A DNA stretch of 64,000 nucleotides from a virus: the IMG/VR virus record IMGVR_UViG_3300021197_001602, positions 1-64,000 of that record. The stretch is one strand, 5' to 3'. The notes beneath the pieces are model-generated. The model had not been told where the DNA came from. It saw only the letters and a list, made by a program, of their open reading frames with translations, and did not search any database. Made by a program: the position numbers and the translations under genes. Shown in pieces: positions 39,301-47,267 of this stretch (the stretch's first letter is position 1; every line of letters starts with the position of its first letter).

Positions 39301-39824
39301 TCCTTGTTAGGTGTCAGGCACTGAATTGCTTGGTTGATGATAGGTTTGACGGTCTTAAGCACTTTTGGTCATCAACTGCTGTTGACCGACCTAAGACAAA
39401 GAAGAAGTTTCATGAGAACATTGAACTATATCGACCTGAAGGCGACTTCACGGTTGAAGAGGTGATTCAATATCAGGTCGACTTGACTGGGACATTCCCA
39501 TTCGACTTGGTTCTTGACGAGGCGGTCCTTGATAAGCTTGAGACGCATCAGATTCCACCGCTTGGTGACTTCGACCCTGACTTGGGCGTCGCTTGGTTCA
39601 TTCCGAGAGAGATTATTGAGAAGAAGACCAAGAACGGCAAGGACTATTGGATTGTAAAAGTAATTGATTCAACGAGTTCCGTTGCTTCTATCAAGTGCTG
39701 GGGAGTCAAGAAGGGTGTTGATAATCTTTTTATTAACAGACCGTACATGGCTAAGTTAGAATATAGTGAACAGTGGGGGTTCAGCACAAGAAGCCTTCGC
39801 CGTAATTTTAGAGTTTTATCATAA
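36387..39824 (+). CDS. dnaE: DNA polymerase III alpha subunit (family C)
   Basis: PHP domain (LHAHS, TDHG, DSHY), GRGSAAGS, PDIDYD, RHAGG, KFDILGL, GYGFNKSH, C-terminal OB fold. Confidence 0.95.
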   Translation: MENRNSSSIPFVGLHAHSVAGSPFDALGYPQEHMEYAYNNGMSALALTDHGNCNGLAYQVLHAKKMKDAGRDFKPIFGVEAYFHPSIDGWKEDYEEAKKVKKNRSALKDGGTGGAVVEDEQRNFKGLVNRRNHLILLAQNQTGLNNIFKMVSDSFSGDNYYRFPRVDYELLAKHSEGVIAASACLGGVYAGCMWRNAVTDEEGNRTGFDEEAVLADMRETTREMQKIFGNRWYGELQWNNIPEQHILNNYIIQMSKEFDMKLISTADSHYPNPDAWKDRILYKKLGWLGRKDEVPSELPAGLDEVGYELYPKNGEQMWESYKQYSEEAGIQYDDDIVMDSITRTATIASESIEDFMPDTKVRLPDFVVPEGMTATQALVALSIEGLKAKGFGDNQEYIARLKTELEVIDSRGFSKYFLTMRAVADKAVEKQLVGPGRGSAAGSLVSYVLDITQVDPIKYGLLFSRFMRSDATDYPDIDYDVAEPMELKEELAKEWGENTVVPISNWNTLQLRSLIKDISKFYQIPFVEVNAVTGRMLHEATPKAKRKHGITAGVYAPTFEEVMEFSESLQSFLRKYPHVKTHVEALYGQVRSCSRHAGGVVIAEDLDKYMPLITSGGVKQAPWSEGQNVRHLEPMGFIKFDILGLASLRMMDNCIRNVLRRHFDNAKPSFDDVRDFYNKNLHPDVVDFDNQDVYENVFHKGRWAGIFQFTEAGAQNFCVNAKPRSIIDISAITSIFRPGPLSAKVDRNYVEAKENPAAVKYLNDTAKELTEETYGFLIFQEQIALLAHKLGDLTLDEGNLLRKVLTKKGTGKGGIKDQLREKFITGCSEKSITVRDAEKLWDKFEFFSGYGFNKSHAVSYSMLSFQCAWLFHYYPVEWIAAFLDKEPESRKERAINAAKKLGFEIEKIDINLSDRDWTIDGNKLIQPFSSIKGLGDAAIDQILNNRPFNTIEDFLFNENVVYSKLNKKALDVLVRCQALNCLVDDRFDGLKHFWSSTAVDRPKTKKKFHENIELYRPEGDFTVEEVIQYQVDLTGTFPFDLVLDEAVLDKLETHQIPPLGDFDPDLGVAWFIPREIIEKKTKNGKDYWIVKVIDSTSSVASIKCWGVKKGVDNLFINRPYMAKLEYSEQWGFSTRSLRRNFRVLS

Positions 39825-39835
39825 AGGAGAGATAG

Positions 39836-40300
39836 ATGATTATTGAATTTTCAAGAGTTAGACCAGATGTGCGACCACCAGAGCGAGCAAACCCTTCGGA
39901 CGCAGGCTTGGATGTGTTCTATAACCCATCGGACCCTACAGTGACAGCGATGCGTGTTGAGCCAGGACAGTCAGTTGTTTTGCAGACTGGTTTAAAGTTT
40001 GGTGTGCCTCATGGTTATATGTTGGAGGTGAAGAACCGCTCCAGTATCGCAGCAAAGTACGGTCTTCTTGTCGGAGCATGTGTCATCGATTCGGGCTATG
40101 ACGGGGAAGTATTTATTAATTTGCACAATGTTAGTTCGGAGGTCCGCCATCTCGCAGCAAAAGATAAAATTGCTCAAGTGGTTCTGACCCCTGTGGTCCA
40201 CTTCCGACCACTTGAAACAAGCGGGGATTTATATAATTGGTATCCGATTACAATCAGCAACCGTGGAGACGGCGCACTGGGTTCGACAGATGACAGTTAG
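39836..40300 (+). CDS. dut: Trimeric dUTPase
   Basis: DAGLD, NRSS, VIDSGYDGE, IAQ, RGDGALGST. Confidence 0.95.
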   Translation: MIIEFSRVRPDVRPPERANPSDAGLDVFYNPSDPTVTAMRVEPGQSVVLQTGLKFGVPHGYMLEVKNRSSIAAKYGLLVGACVIDSGYDGEVFINLHNVSSEVRHLAAKDKIAQVVLTPVVHFRPLETSGDLYNWYPITISNRGDGALGSTDDS

Positions 40301-40550
40301 TAAAAGGAGTGTCGCCCGACACAAAAAGAAGCAAGCGGAAAAAGAATTAAAAACAAAGATGGGTATGTTCTCTCGACTCCCAGACAACTGCGGTGCCTGC
40401 TTAAAAGATTTTGACAAGCAGGATAAAGAGATGGTTCAGTCATGGACCGTAGTGGTAAAAGAGAAAGAAAAGAAAGTTAATTTATATTGCCCCGAGTGTT
40501 GGGCTACAGCGCAATCAGCCGTTGAACAATTTTATAAGGAAAAAGAATAA
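40290..40550 (+). CDS. Small Zn-finger protein
   Basis: CGAC...CPEC; ATG 40290 overlaps the end of dut. Confidence 0.6.
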   Translation: MTVSKRSVARHKKKQAEKELKTKMGMFSRLPDNCGACLKDFDKQDKEMVQSWTVVVKEKEKKVNLYCPECWATAQSAVEQFYKEKE

Positions 40551-41605
40551 TGCGTGACAAGAGAATTTATGAGGCACTTGCATACGATGATGTGCTCTTG
40601 GTGCCTCAGTACAGCGAAGTGGAAAGCCGTAGTCAGGTGAGCTTGACCACCGACATGGGCAATGGGCTAGTCTTAAACTTGCCAGTGATTGCCAGCCCAA
40701 TGGATACCATTTCTGGACCTGCAATGTGCAGTGTTCTAGATAGCGCTGGCGGCATCGGCATCCTTCACAGATATAATACTGTGGAAAAGCAGGTGGAGAA
40801 TGTCAGAACAGCAATCGATGAAGGTGCAAGGAATGTTGGAGTTGCAGTTGGCGTCACGGGTGATTATCTTCTTCGAGCACTGAGCGCAATGGACGCTGGC
40901 GCAAATGTGGTATGCGTCGATGTGGCTCATGGTCACCATGTGCTTGTCAAGGAAGCAATTAAAACTCTTCGTGAAGCCACGGGTCAAGACTTTCACATCA
41001 TGGCTGGCAATGTGGCAACACTGGAGGGCTTCGATGCCTTGTCTTCTTGGGGCGCAAACTCCGTCCGTTGTAATATAGGCGGCGGCTCAATCTGCACGAC
41101 TCGCATTCAAACTGGTCACGGTGTCCCTGGGCTTCATACTTTGTTCGAGTGCGCCTCAAGCGAGAACGCAGGTCGAGTAAAGATTATTGCTGACGGTGGG
41201 CTGCGCTCATCTGGGGATGTCGTCAAGGCGTATGCAGCAGGTGCAGATGTGGTCATGTTGGGCTCTATGCTTGCGGGCACCACAGAGTCTTGTGGAGAAC
41301 TAATCCATGAGTATAACCCAGTTACTGGCAAGAGGGAAAGTAAAAAGGTATATCGAGGCATGGCAAGCCCAGAAGCACAAAACGACTGGCGTGGTCGAAC
41401 CTCCAGTATCGAGGGCATCTCGGCTACTGTGCCATTTAAGGGTGAAGCCGCTCCAATCCTCTCTAAGCTCGAAGGCGGCATCCGCTCTGGGTTGTCTTAT
41501 AGCGGAGCAGTGAGCATTCCAGAGCTTCACTCAAAGGCACGGTTCATTCGTCAGACTCCCGCAGGAAGAGCAGAGTCTGGAGCCCATGTTTTAAAGGGGT
41601 ATTGA
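40550..41605 (+). CDS. IMP dehydrogenase/GMP reductase family (no CBS subdomain)
   Basis: YDDVLLVP, SPMDT, DVAHGH, GNVAT, IGGGSICTTR, IADGG, YRGMAS. Confidence 0.92.
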   Translation: MRDKRIYEALAYDDVLLVPQYSEVESRSQVSLTTDMGNGLVLNLPVIASPMDTISGPAMCSVLDSAGGIGILHRYNTVEKQVENVRTAIDEGARNVGVAVGVTGDYLLRALSAMDAGANVVCVDVAHGHHVLVKEAIKTLREATGQDFHIMAGNVATLEGFDALSSWGANSVRCNIGGGSICTTRIQTGHGVPGLHTLFECASSENAGRVKIIADGGLRSSGDVVKAYAAGADVVMLGSMLAGTTESCGELIHEYNPVTGKRESKKVYRGMASPEAQNDWRGRTSSIEGISATVPFKGEAAPILSKLEGGIRSGLSYSGAVSIPELHSKARFIRQTPAGRAESGAHVLKGY

Positions 41606-41931
41606 CAGTGCCATATGGAGAGAACAAAAAGAAAATAGTTTTCTATGATACAGACGCCCGTCATGCGGACCTGAAGATAAGACTTCAATATCATGGAATG
41701 ACTCAATCATCTTTTTTCAGGGCAGTCATCACCGCTATGGTAGACGAGGATGAGTTGTTTAGGGACTTCTTGACAAGTTATAAAGAGAGCAAGAGTATAC
41801 AAAAGAAGACCCACTTGAAGAAGATAAAAGAAGAGCAGCAATTAGCTGATGAAAATAAAAAGAACTTTCTCCAAAAAGACGAGATAAGTGATATTTTTGA
41901 TTTAATAGAAATGGAGCACCCTGACTTATGA
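41602..41931 (+). CDS. Hypothetical protein, possibly RHH-like DNA-binding
   Basis: LK..L...GMTQS.FFR..I pattern; TTG start. Confidence 0.5.
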   Translation: MTVPYGENKKKIVFYDTDARHADLKIRLQYHGMTQSSFFRAVITAMVDEDELFRDFLTSYKESKSIQKKTHLKKIKEEQQLADENKKNFLQKDEISDIFDLIEMEHPDL

Positions 41932-42212
41932 GTGATATGCAAAAACCAAATGTTGAAGATTTACGAGCCTGTAGCCAAATGTGCCTTAAGCTTAATGTTT
42001 CCTGTCCGAAAGAAAATTCAGACTGTCGATATTGGATTGACCACGAGGGTGATTCAAATTGCACCTTTGTGGCAATCCACAACAACAACGGAAACCCGAT
42101 GAGCTTGAGAGAGGTATCAGAAAGACTTGGGGTGAGCCATGTCTGGGTATCACAGATAGAAAAGAATATGGTCAACAAATTGAAGAAACAATTTAAGGAC
42201 TATGCCCTGTAA
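41928..42212 (+). CDS. Stand-alone sigma70 region-4-like HTH protein with a Cys-rich N-terminus
   Basis: MSLREVSERLGVSHVWVSQIEKN; five Cys upstream of the HTH. Confidence 0.75.
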   Translation: MSDMQKPNVEDLRACSQMCLKLNVSCPKENSDCRYWIDHEGDSNCTFVAIHNNNGNPMSLREVSERLGVSHVWVSQIEKNMVNKLKKQFKDYAL

Positions 42213-42247
42213 TAACAATTTATAGAGGTGCCTTTTGCGTTCTACGC

Positions 42248-42257
42248 ACTATTTATA
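42248..42257 (+). promoter_or_regulatory. Putative late-promoter motif ACTATTTATA
   Basis: Recurrent motif. Confidence 0.6.
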
Positions 42258-42335
42258 AAGTGTGACACAGCGCAGCCCTCTTCAATCGTTGGCTGACAGC
42301 GAAATAAAGAATTTTTTTAAGGAGAAATAAAAAAA

Positions 42336-42932
42336 ATGAGCAAGAAGAAAATGCTTGAAGAAGCGCAAGTTAGAAGAATGTTCGAATTGGCTGGTATGCC
42401 TGCCATTGGTGACGGGTTTATTGGTGGAAAGTACGCCAAGCTCGCAGAAGAGGAGACCGAAGAAGAGGAGAAAGACCTCGAAGAGAAGGTTCATTCCGAA
42501 GAGGAAGAAGAAATCGAAGAGGGTGGCATGAAGTACTCTCGTGAAGAGGAGGGTGAAGAAGCCATGGCTGATGAAGCCCCTGCTGAAGCCCCTGCTGAAG
42601 AGCCTGAAATGGAAATGGGTGCGGAAGAAGCTCCTGCCATGGACGCTGCTCCATCGTCAGACATCCCACAAGAAAAAATCGAAGCTATCGTTGACGCAGT
42701 GCTTGCTGGTATTGAGCAAGAAACTGGCGTCCCACTGGAGAGAGTCCCTGAAGAAGGCGCTGAAGCTCCTGCCGAAGAGATTCCCGCTGAGGAAGCTCCC
42801 GCCGAAGAAGGTCCAGAGATGGCAATGGGCGGCGAAGAAGAAGAGGAAGATATTTCTCTTGAGAATAGAATTGTACAAGAAGTCTCCCGTCGAGTTGCGA
42901 GAAGACTTATCCAAATCACAAAGAAAAAGTAA
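42336..42932 (+). CDS. Acidic probable prohead core/internal protein
   Basis: Glu-rich; RRMFELAG resembles the scaffold's RMRRLAG; late motif upstream, terminator downstream. Confidence 0.6.
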   Translation: MSKKKMLEEAQVRRMFELAGMPAIGDGFIGGKYAKLAEEETEEEEKDLEEKVHSEEEEEIEEGGMKYSREEEGEEAMADEAPAEAPAEEPEMEMGAEEAPAMDAAPSSDIPQEKIEAIVDAVLAGIEQETGVPLERVPEEGAEAPAEEIPAEEAPAEEGPEMAMGGEEEEEDISLENRIVQEVSRRVARRLIQITKKK

Positions 42933-42980
42933 GTCTAAACTACCTCCCAAGTAATGCAACTTAAAAACTTTTGTGGCTGA

Positions 42981-43011
42981 AGAAAGCAGGCTAACCCCCT
43001 GCTTTCTTTTT
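42981..43011 (+). terminator. Rho-independent terminator
   Basis: AGAAAGCAGG-CTAACCC-CCTGCTTTCT followed by TTTT. Confidence 0.8.
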
Positions 43012-43027
43012 ATCTAAAAGGAGATTG

Positions 43028-43420
43028 ATGGTGGAATATGGATATGTTGTGGGTCTTTCCCTGCTTGTGGGCACACTTATAGGTTGGAACCTCCGAGGGT
43101 TCTGGAATAGGTTGATGCTCTCTGTCGCTTTAATTAATATGGCAAGGACAGCGGAGAGAAGTTGTTTGATTATGCTTTCTCGTGCGAGCGAACACTATCA
43201 TCATTCGCTTACGATGTTAAAGATAGCGGGCGAAAAGACCGACAAGAAGAACGAAATCATCTCTACAATCAACAGTTTGGAATTTACGCATACCGAGTGG
43301 AAAAAGACAGCAGCCCAGACTATTTATAACATACATCCGTTCAAGTCCACTGTGCAGTGGTATGATTGGCGAACTGCCATGCAGAGTGTCACGGAAGAAA
43401 ATCTTTCTAGGAGAAAATAA
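43028..43420 (+). CDS. Hypothetical membrane-anchored protein
   Basis: N-terminal hydrophobic helix; AGGAG RBS. Confidence 0.6.
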   Translation: MVEYGYVVGLSLLVGTLIGWNLRGFWNRLMLSVALINMARTAERSCLIMLSRASEHYHHSLTMLKIAGEKTDKKNEIISTINSLEFTHTEWKKTAAQTIYNIHPFKSTVQWYDWRTAMQSVTEENLSRRK

Positions 43421-43421
43421 A

Positions 43422-44603
43422 ATGGAACTAAAGATTGACCGCCTCAAGCAGCTTATTAAAGAAGAGCTTAATATTAATAACACGACTCTTATCGAGGAAC
43501 CAGAGCCCTTGGAAGAGAAGAGTATTATGAAAAATAAATATCCTTTCAAGGCTATTTTTATCTTCGGTCCCGCTGGTGCAGGTAAATCATTCCTCTCAAA
43601 GCAGATTGGGATTCCAAAAGACTTTGTTGTTTCAAATCCTGATGAAAGAATCGAATCCGTATTCCCCGCATTTGGCTTGAGCATGGACTTTAGCCAGGGA
43701 ACATTCGAAAAAGGTTCAGAAAAAGAATCTAGCCCAATTGCTAAGGCACAGCAGACCGCAAGAGAGGTACTTCAAAACGCAGAGCAGGGTCACACAGCAA
43801 ACATGCTTGCGATTGCAAACCCTATTGTCTTTGATACAACGGGAGAGAATGTCAAGAAGATGACTCAAAGAATCCAGTCTTTAATGAAGGTTGGGTACGA
43901 TGTGGCGGTCTTCATGGTTAATGTCCCAACTGATGTTTCTGTTGACAGAGACCAGAAGAGGAAGAGGACCGTCGGCGAGCCCACAAAATCCATCTCATCA
44001 CAATACCAGCGAGAAGTCGTTAAGGAAAGAAAGTATTTTGAATTACTTTCGGGACTTGAGTTCGCAGACATTCTAGGTGGGGATATTTATGCAAACCTCT
44101 TCGACCTGAGAACGGGAGAAAAGCTTAGTGGCATCACTGATGAGCATGTGGCGGCAATGAAGACAAAAGATGGAAAGCCGTTTACCGCAGAATACGCACA
44201 ATCTCTGCTCGACCAAGCCCGCTCAGATTTGAGCGCTTGGATGACTGCCGAGCCCAAGAACCCCACTGGCAAGACAATCTTGACGGGCATGAGGGCTTTA
44301 GTAAAGGATTCGGGCGGTAAGCTGGGGCAAAACATGTTGCAGATTGGACCAGCAGTTCAAGCTGGCGTAACTACAAACTCGGCTGTCATCGCCGCCGCAA
44401 AGAAGCTTGCAGACCTTGGCGGTGCATCAGGCGCACTTGCCTCAACACAGCGAGGCAAGAAAAACGCAGGCGAAAAGTTTGGCGTAAAAGACCCGAGCAT
44501 TCGAAACATGTCATCTAAGTTGGGCACATCTGACGAGAAAAATCTTGAAGAGGTTATCGCAAAGAAGATTGAAGCCCTTCTCAGAAATAAAATGAAAAAA
44601 TGA
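43422..44603 (+). CDS. P-loop kinase (zeta-toxin/AAA_33-like)
   Basis: KAIFIFGPAGAGKS, NPDE, IVFDTTG, GYDV..FMV, RDQKRKR lid; AGGAG RBS before ATG 43422. Confidence 0.75.
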   Translation: MELKIDRLKQLIKEELNINNTTLIEEPEPLEEKSIMKNKYPFKAIFIFGPAGAGKSFLSKQIGIPKDFVVSNPDERIESVFPAFGLSMDFSQGTFEKGSEKESSPIAKAQQTAREVLQNAEQGHTANMLAIANPIVFDTTGENVKKMTQRIQSLMKVGYDVAVFMVNVPTDVSVDRDQKRKRTVGEPTKSISSQYQREVVKERKYFELLSGLEFADILGGDIYANLFDLRTGEKLSGITDEHVAAMKTKDGKPFTAEYAQSLLDQARSDLSAWMTAEPKNPTGKTILTGMRALVKDSGGKLGQNMLQIGPAVQAGVTTNSAVIAAAKKLADLGGASGALASTQRGKKNAGEKFGVKDPSIRNMSSKLGTSDEKNLEEVIAKKIEALLRNKMKK

Positions 44604-44604
44604 G

Positions 44605-44880
44605 ATGTCGGATTATCGGTTAACAGCCATAACGGAGTTTCTTAAGACGCTTTTGGGCGACCCACGCTGCATTAATATTGCAGATAATGTCGTCCATTGT
44701 GATAAGCTGTTTATGGTTAACGGAATAATGAAGTGGTTATACAATAAATTATCATCAGAAGAGATTGATATTGACTCAATGAGGGAATACCTTCTACTTA
44801 TTAATGAGTACCTGGACGACAATGTAGAGTTGTCTTGGGAACATGGCGAATTATCTTATACTAAAAAGGAGACTTACTAA
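44605..44880 (+). CDS. Hypothetical protein
   Basis: Fills the gap between coupled genes. Confidence 0.55.
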   Translation: MSDYRLTAITEFLKTLLGDPRCINIADNVVHCDKLFMVNGIMKWLYNKLSSEEIDIDSMREYLLLINEYLDDNVELSWEHGELSYTKKETY

Positions 44881-44881
44881 A

Positions 44882-45610
44882 ATGCCTAGGAAGAAGAAAG
44901 CAGACGAAGAAAAAGCAGTCGAAGAAGTAGCAACTTCTCAGGACGACAGCGTTGAAGAAGAAGTTGAAGAGAGAGAGGACAATCAAAAGTCCATCATCAT
45001 GCTGCCACCTCTTATGGACTTGCTCGGCGGCGGCTCGGGCAGGGACAAGAAGATTCGCACAATCGGGTTGATTGGGGATGTAACAGAAGAGAAGGCTAGC
45101 GATGTCATCTATGGTCTGTTGACCTTGCGTGAAACTGGTGTACGACAAGAGTTGGAAGACCCAACTGACCCTAACTCAGAAATCGTTGAGACATGCGAGC
45201 CAATGGAAATGATTATTTCCACTTACGGCGGCTCAGCAATGGACATGTTTGGCATTCATGACATGATGCGAAATGTGCGTGAAGAGTGTGAGATTCACAC
45301 CGTAGGCATAGGCAAGGTAATGTCCGCAGGCGTACTCATTCTTGCTTCGGGAACGAAGGGCAAGAGAAGAATCGGTAAGAACTGCCGTGTAATGATTCAC
45401 TCGGTCGTGGGCGGCACACATGGTGCGATGCACAACCTTGAAAACGAGATGGATGAAATTCGCTGGATACAAGAGAGGTATATTGAAACTCTTGTTCGTG
45501 AGTCAGACATGACAAAGGCTATGGTTCGCAAGATGCTTAATAGAAAAGTTAATATTTATCTCACTGCTGAACAAGCGGTAGAGTACGGAATTGCAGACGA
45601 GGTATTTTAA
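44882..45610 (+). CDS. clpP: ClpP-family protease subunit
   Basis: ISTYGGS, G.VMSAG (Ser), GTKGKR, RVMIH (His), YLTAEQAVEYGIAD. Confidence 0.88.
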   Translation: MPRKKKADEEKAVEEVATSQDDSVEEEVEEREDNQKSIIMLPPLMDLLGGGSGRDKKIRTIGLIGDVTEEKASDVIYGLLTLRETGVRQELEDPTDPNSEIVETCEPMEMIISTYGGSAMDMFGIHDMMRNVREECEIHTVGIGKVMSAGVLILASGTKGKRRIGKNCRVMIHSVVGGTHGAMHNLENEMDEIRWIQERYIETLVRESDMTKAMVRKMLNRKVNIYLTAEQAVEYGIADEVF

Positions 45611-45613
45611 ACA

Positions 45614-47203
45614 ATGGCTAACTGGAACTTGTTGGTTGAGAATTATTTTTCCAAGAAAGATATTCTAACCTTGGATAAGATTGATGACTTGGTGCTTGAG
45701 GTCTTGAAGGAGTCTACGACTCTTTATGAGGCTTCGAAGCGTGGCGTCGCCCATGATGATAAAATGGGCAAGGAAATTGTGAATCAAAAGGGTGACAAGC
45801 TTGTCCTTTCCGACTTTGCATTCATCCAAATTGGTCAAGACGGGGTTGAAGACGCAGAGGCGCTGGGTAGAAAGGTTGAAGATATTATCTCTTCAGCAGG
45901 AATGGAAGTTCTCTACCAGCACCCAGAGGTGCCAACCCGTTCTCACAAGGCTGCAATCTTAGTCTCCGCCGCCGATGATAGTGATAAGAAGTTCGCTTTT
46001 GTAAAATATACTTCTAGCAGTTCTTTGTGGAGGGAGGTCGACTTTGAAAAGGCGACGGGCTTTTCTATGAAGGGCACTCAATCTTCAAAGGAGATTCTAG
46101 CACTAGGTCCACAGACTCTGATAGGGACTGATGCTGAAATTACCATCACTAATCTGCCTACGGTCGTTGCAAAGAATGCCTCTGCATCCTCTGCAATTCC
46201 AGCCCCGTTTACCGAATCTTTAGGTGTGTTCTTTGATAATGTTTATTCAAAATCGGGGGATGCAGTCCTTGCATTTGAGTCGTCAGAGCAAAGAGACAAC
46301 AGTCTGTCTTCTGTAAATAAGTATTTTGGAGAGATTATGGCACCAGCGCTCTTGGGGATAAATTATAAACTCCAGCCCGATGCCGTCATCTTGGATGCCC
46401 AAAAGAATCTTCTTGAGCCATTTGGTTTGACTTGGGCAGATTCTACTGCGGTCAGCTACCCACAAGCTCCCCAGAACCCACTGGTGGACAGCTATCTCCA
46501 CCTTGGCGACAGGAAGATAGGAGTAAGCTCGAAGAGTGGTAAGGGTGCGAACCCAAGTGTCAAGAATTTATACTCAATGATATTTGATGAAGCCAGCGAG
46601 GAGCAGCGACAGCAATTGCGTGAAGCAGGTTACGGAGATTATGTTGACCTAGTGAAGCTGCTCACAGAAAGCTCATCAAAGCTTGGACCAATAAGGGCAG
46701 CCGTTAAGTTGGGAATTTTGACAGAAGCAGCCGCACAAGAAGCCGTTGATGTAATCAAAAACAAGATTGGTGTACAGGAAGTGAATGTCTCGGATGAGTT
46801 GGAAAAAATAAGCTCTTTCCATACTCCCCTTCGACGCATGAAGCTTGGAGTTAATCAGGTTAAATCTTTAGACTCAGATGCTCAGAGCAAAATTGTTAAG
46901 ACTTATAGCCCAGCCAATCATTTGGTGGCTGGTATTGCTAAAGCCGTAGCGGCTCAGATTAACGCAGAAGAATCAGCACAAGGCGGCGGCAAGAAGTTCA
47001 CAGCCTTTGGAAAAGCAGTGTTTAACTTTTCCACGATGGTTCAGATTTATGGGAAGTTCAGCAAAGCTGGAGAGGCAGCTACCGTCATGAATGATTTCAG
47101 GATTATCTATCCTCCTAATTTTGATGGAGAGATGCTTCTGGACGCAGGCAAGGGTTATACCTCCAGTGGGCAGAACGATAAACTTACAGTTAAATTAAAA
47201 TAA
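45614..47203 (+). CDS. Hypothetical protein with a PD-(D/E)xK-like nuclease motif
   Basis: YFGEI ... YPQAPQNPLVDSY...IGVSSKSG. Confidence 0.5.
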   Translation: MANWNLLVENYFSKKDILTLDKIDDLVLEVLKESTTLYEASKRGVAHDDKMGKEIVNQKGDKLVLSDFAFIQIGQDGVEDAEALGRKVEDIISSAGMEVLYQHPEVPTRSHKAAILVSAADDSDKKFAFVKYTSSSSLWREVDFEKATGFSMKGTQSSKEILALGPQTLIGTDAEITITNLPTVVAKNASASSAIPAPFTESLGVFFDNVYSKSGDAVLAFESSEQRDNSLSSVNKYFGEIMAPALLGINYKLQPDAVILDAQKNLLEPFGLTWADSTAVSYPQAPQNPLVDSYLHLGDRKIGVSSKSGKGANPSVKNLYSMIFDEASEEQRQQLREAGYGDYVDLVKLLTESSSKLGPIRAAVKLGILTEAAAQEAVDVIKNKIGVQEVNVSDELEKISSFHTPLRRMKLGVNQVKSLDSDAQSKIVKTYSPANHLVAGIAKAVAAQINAEESAQGGGKKFTAFGKAVFNFSTMVQIYGKFSKAGEAATVMNDFRIIYPPNFDGEMLLDAGKGYTSSGQNDKLTVKLK

Positions 47204-47206
47204 TTC

Positions 47207-47235
47207 TTTACAAGCGCCCCAGCTTGTGTTATATT
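47207..47235 (+). promoter_or_regulatory. Sigma70-like promoter TTTACA-N17-TATATT
   Basis: Directly upstream of groEL. Confidence 0.6.
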
Positions 47236-47267
47236 GTACATACTTAAAATATCTTACTGGAGGATAA

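Noticed and set aside
30911-39824. Possible inteins or introns in RNR and DnaE
   Set aside because: Lengths are ordinary, motifs are contiguous, and no C...HN splice motifs or LAGLIDADG blocks were seen
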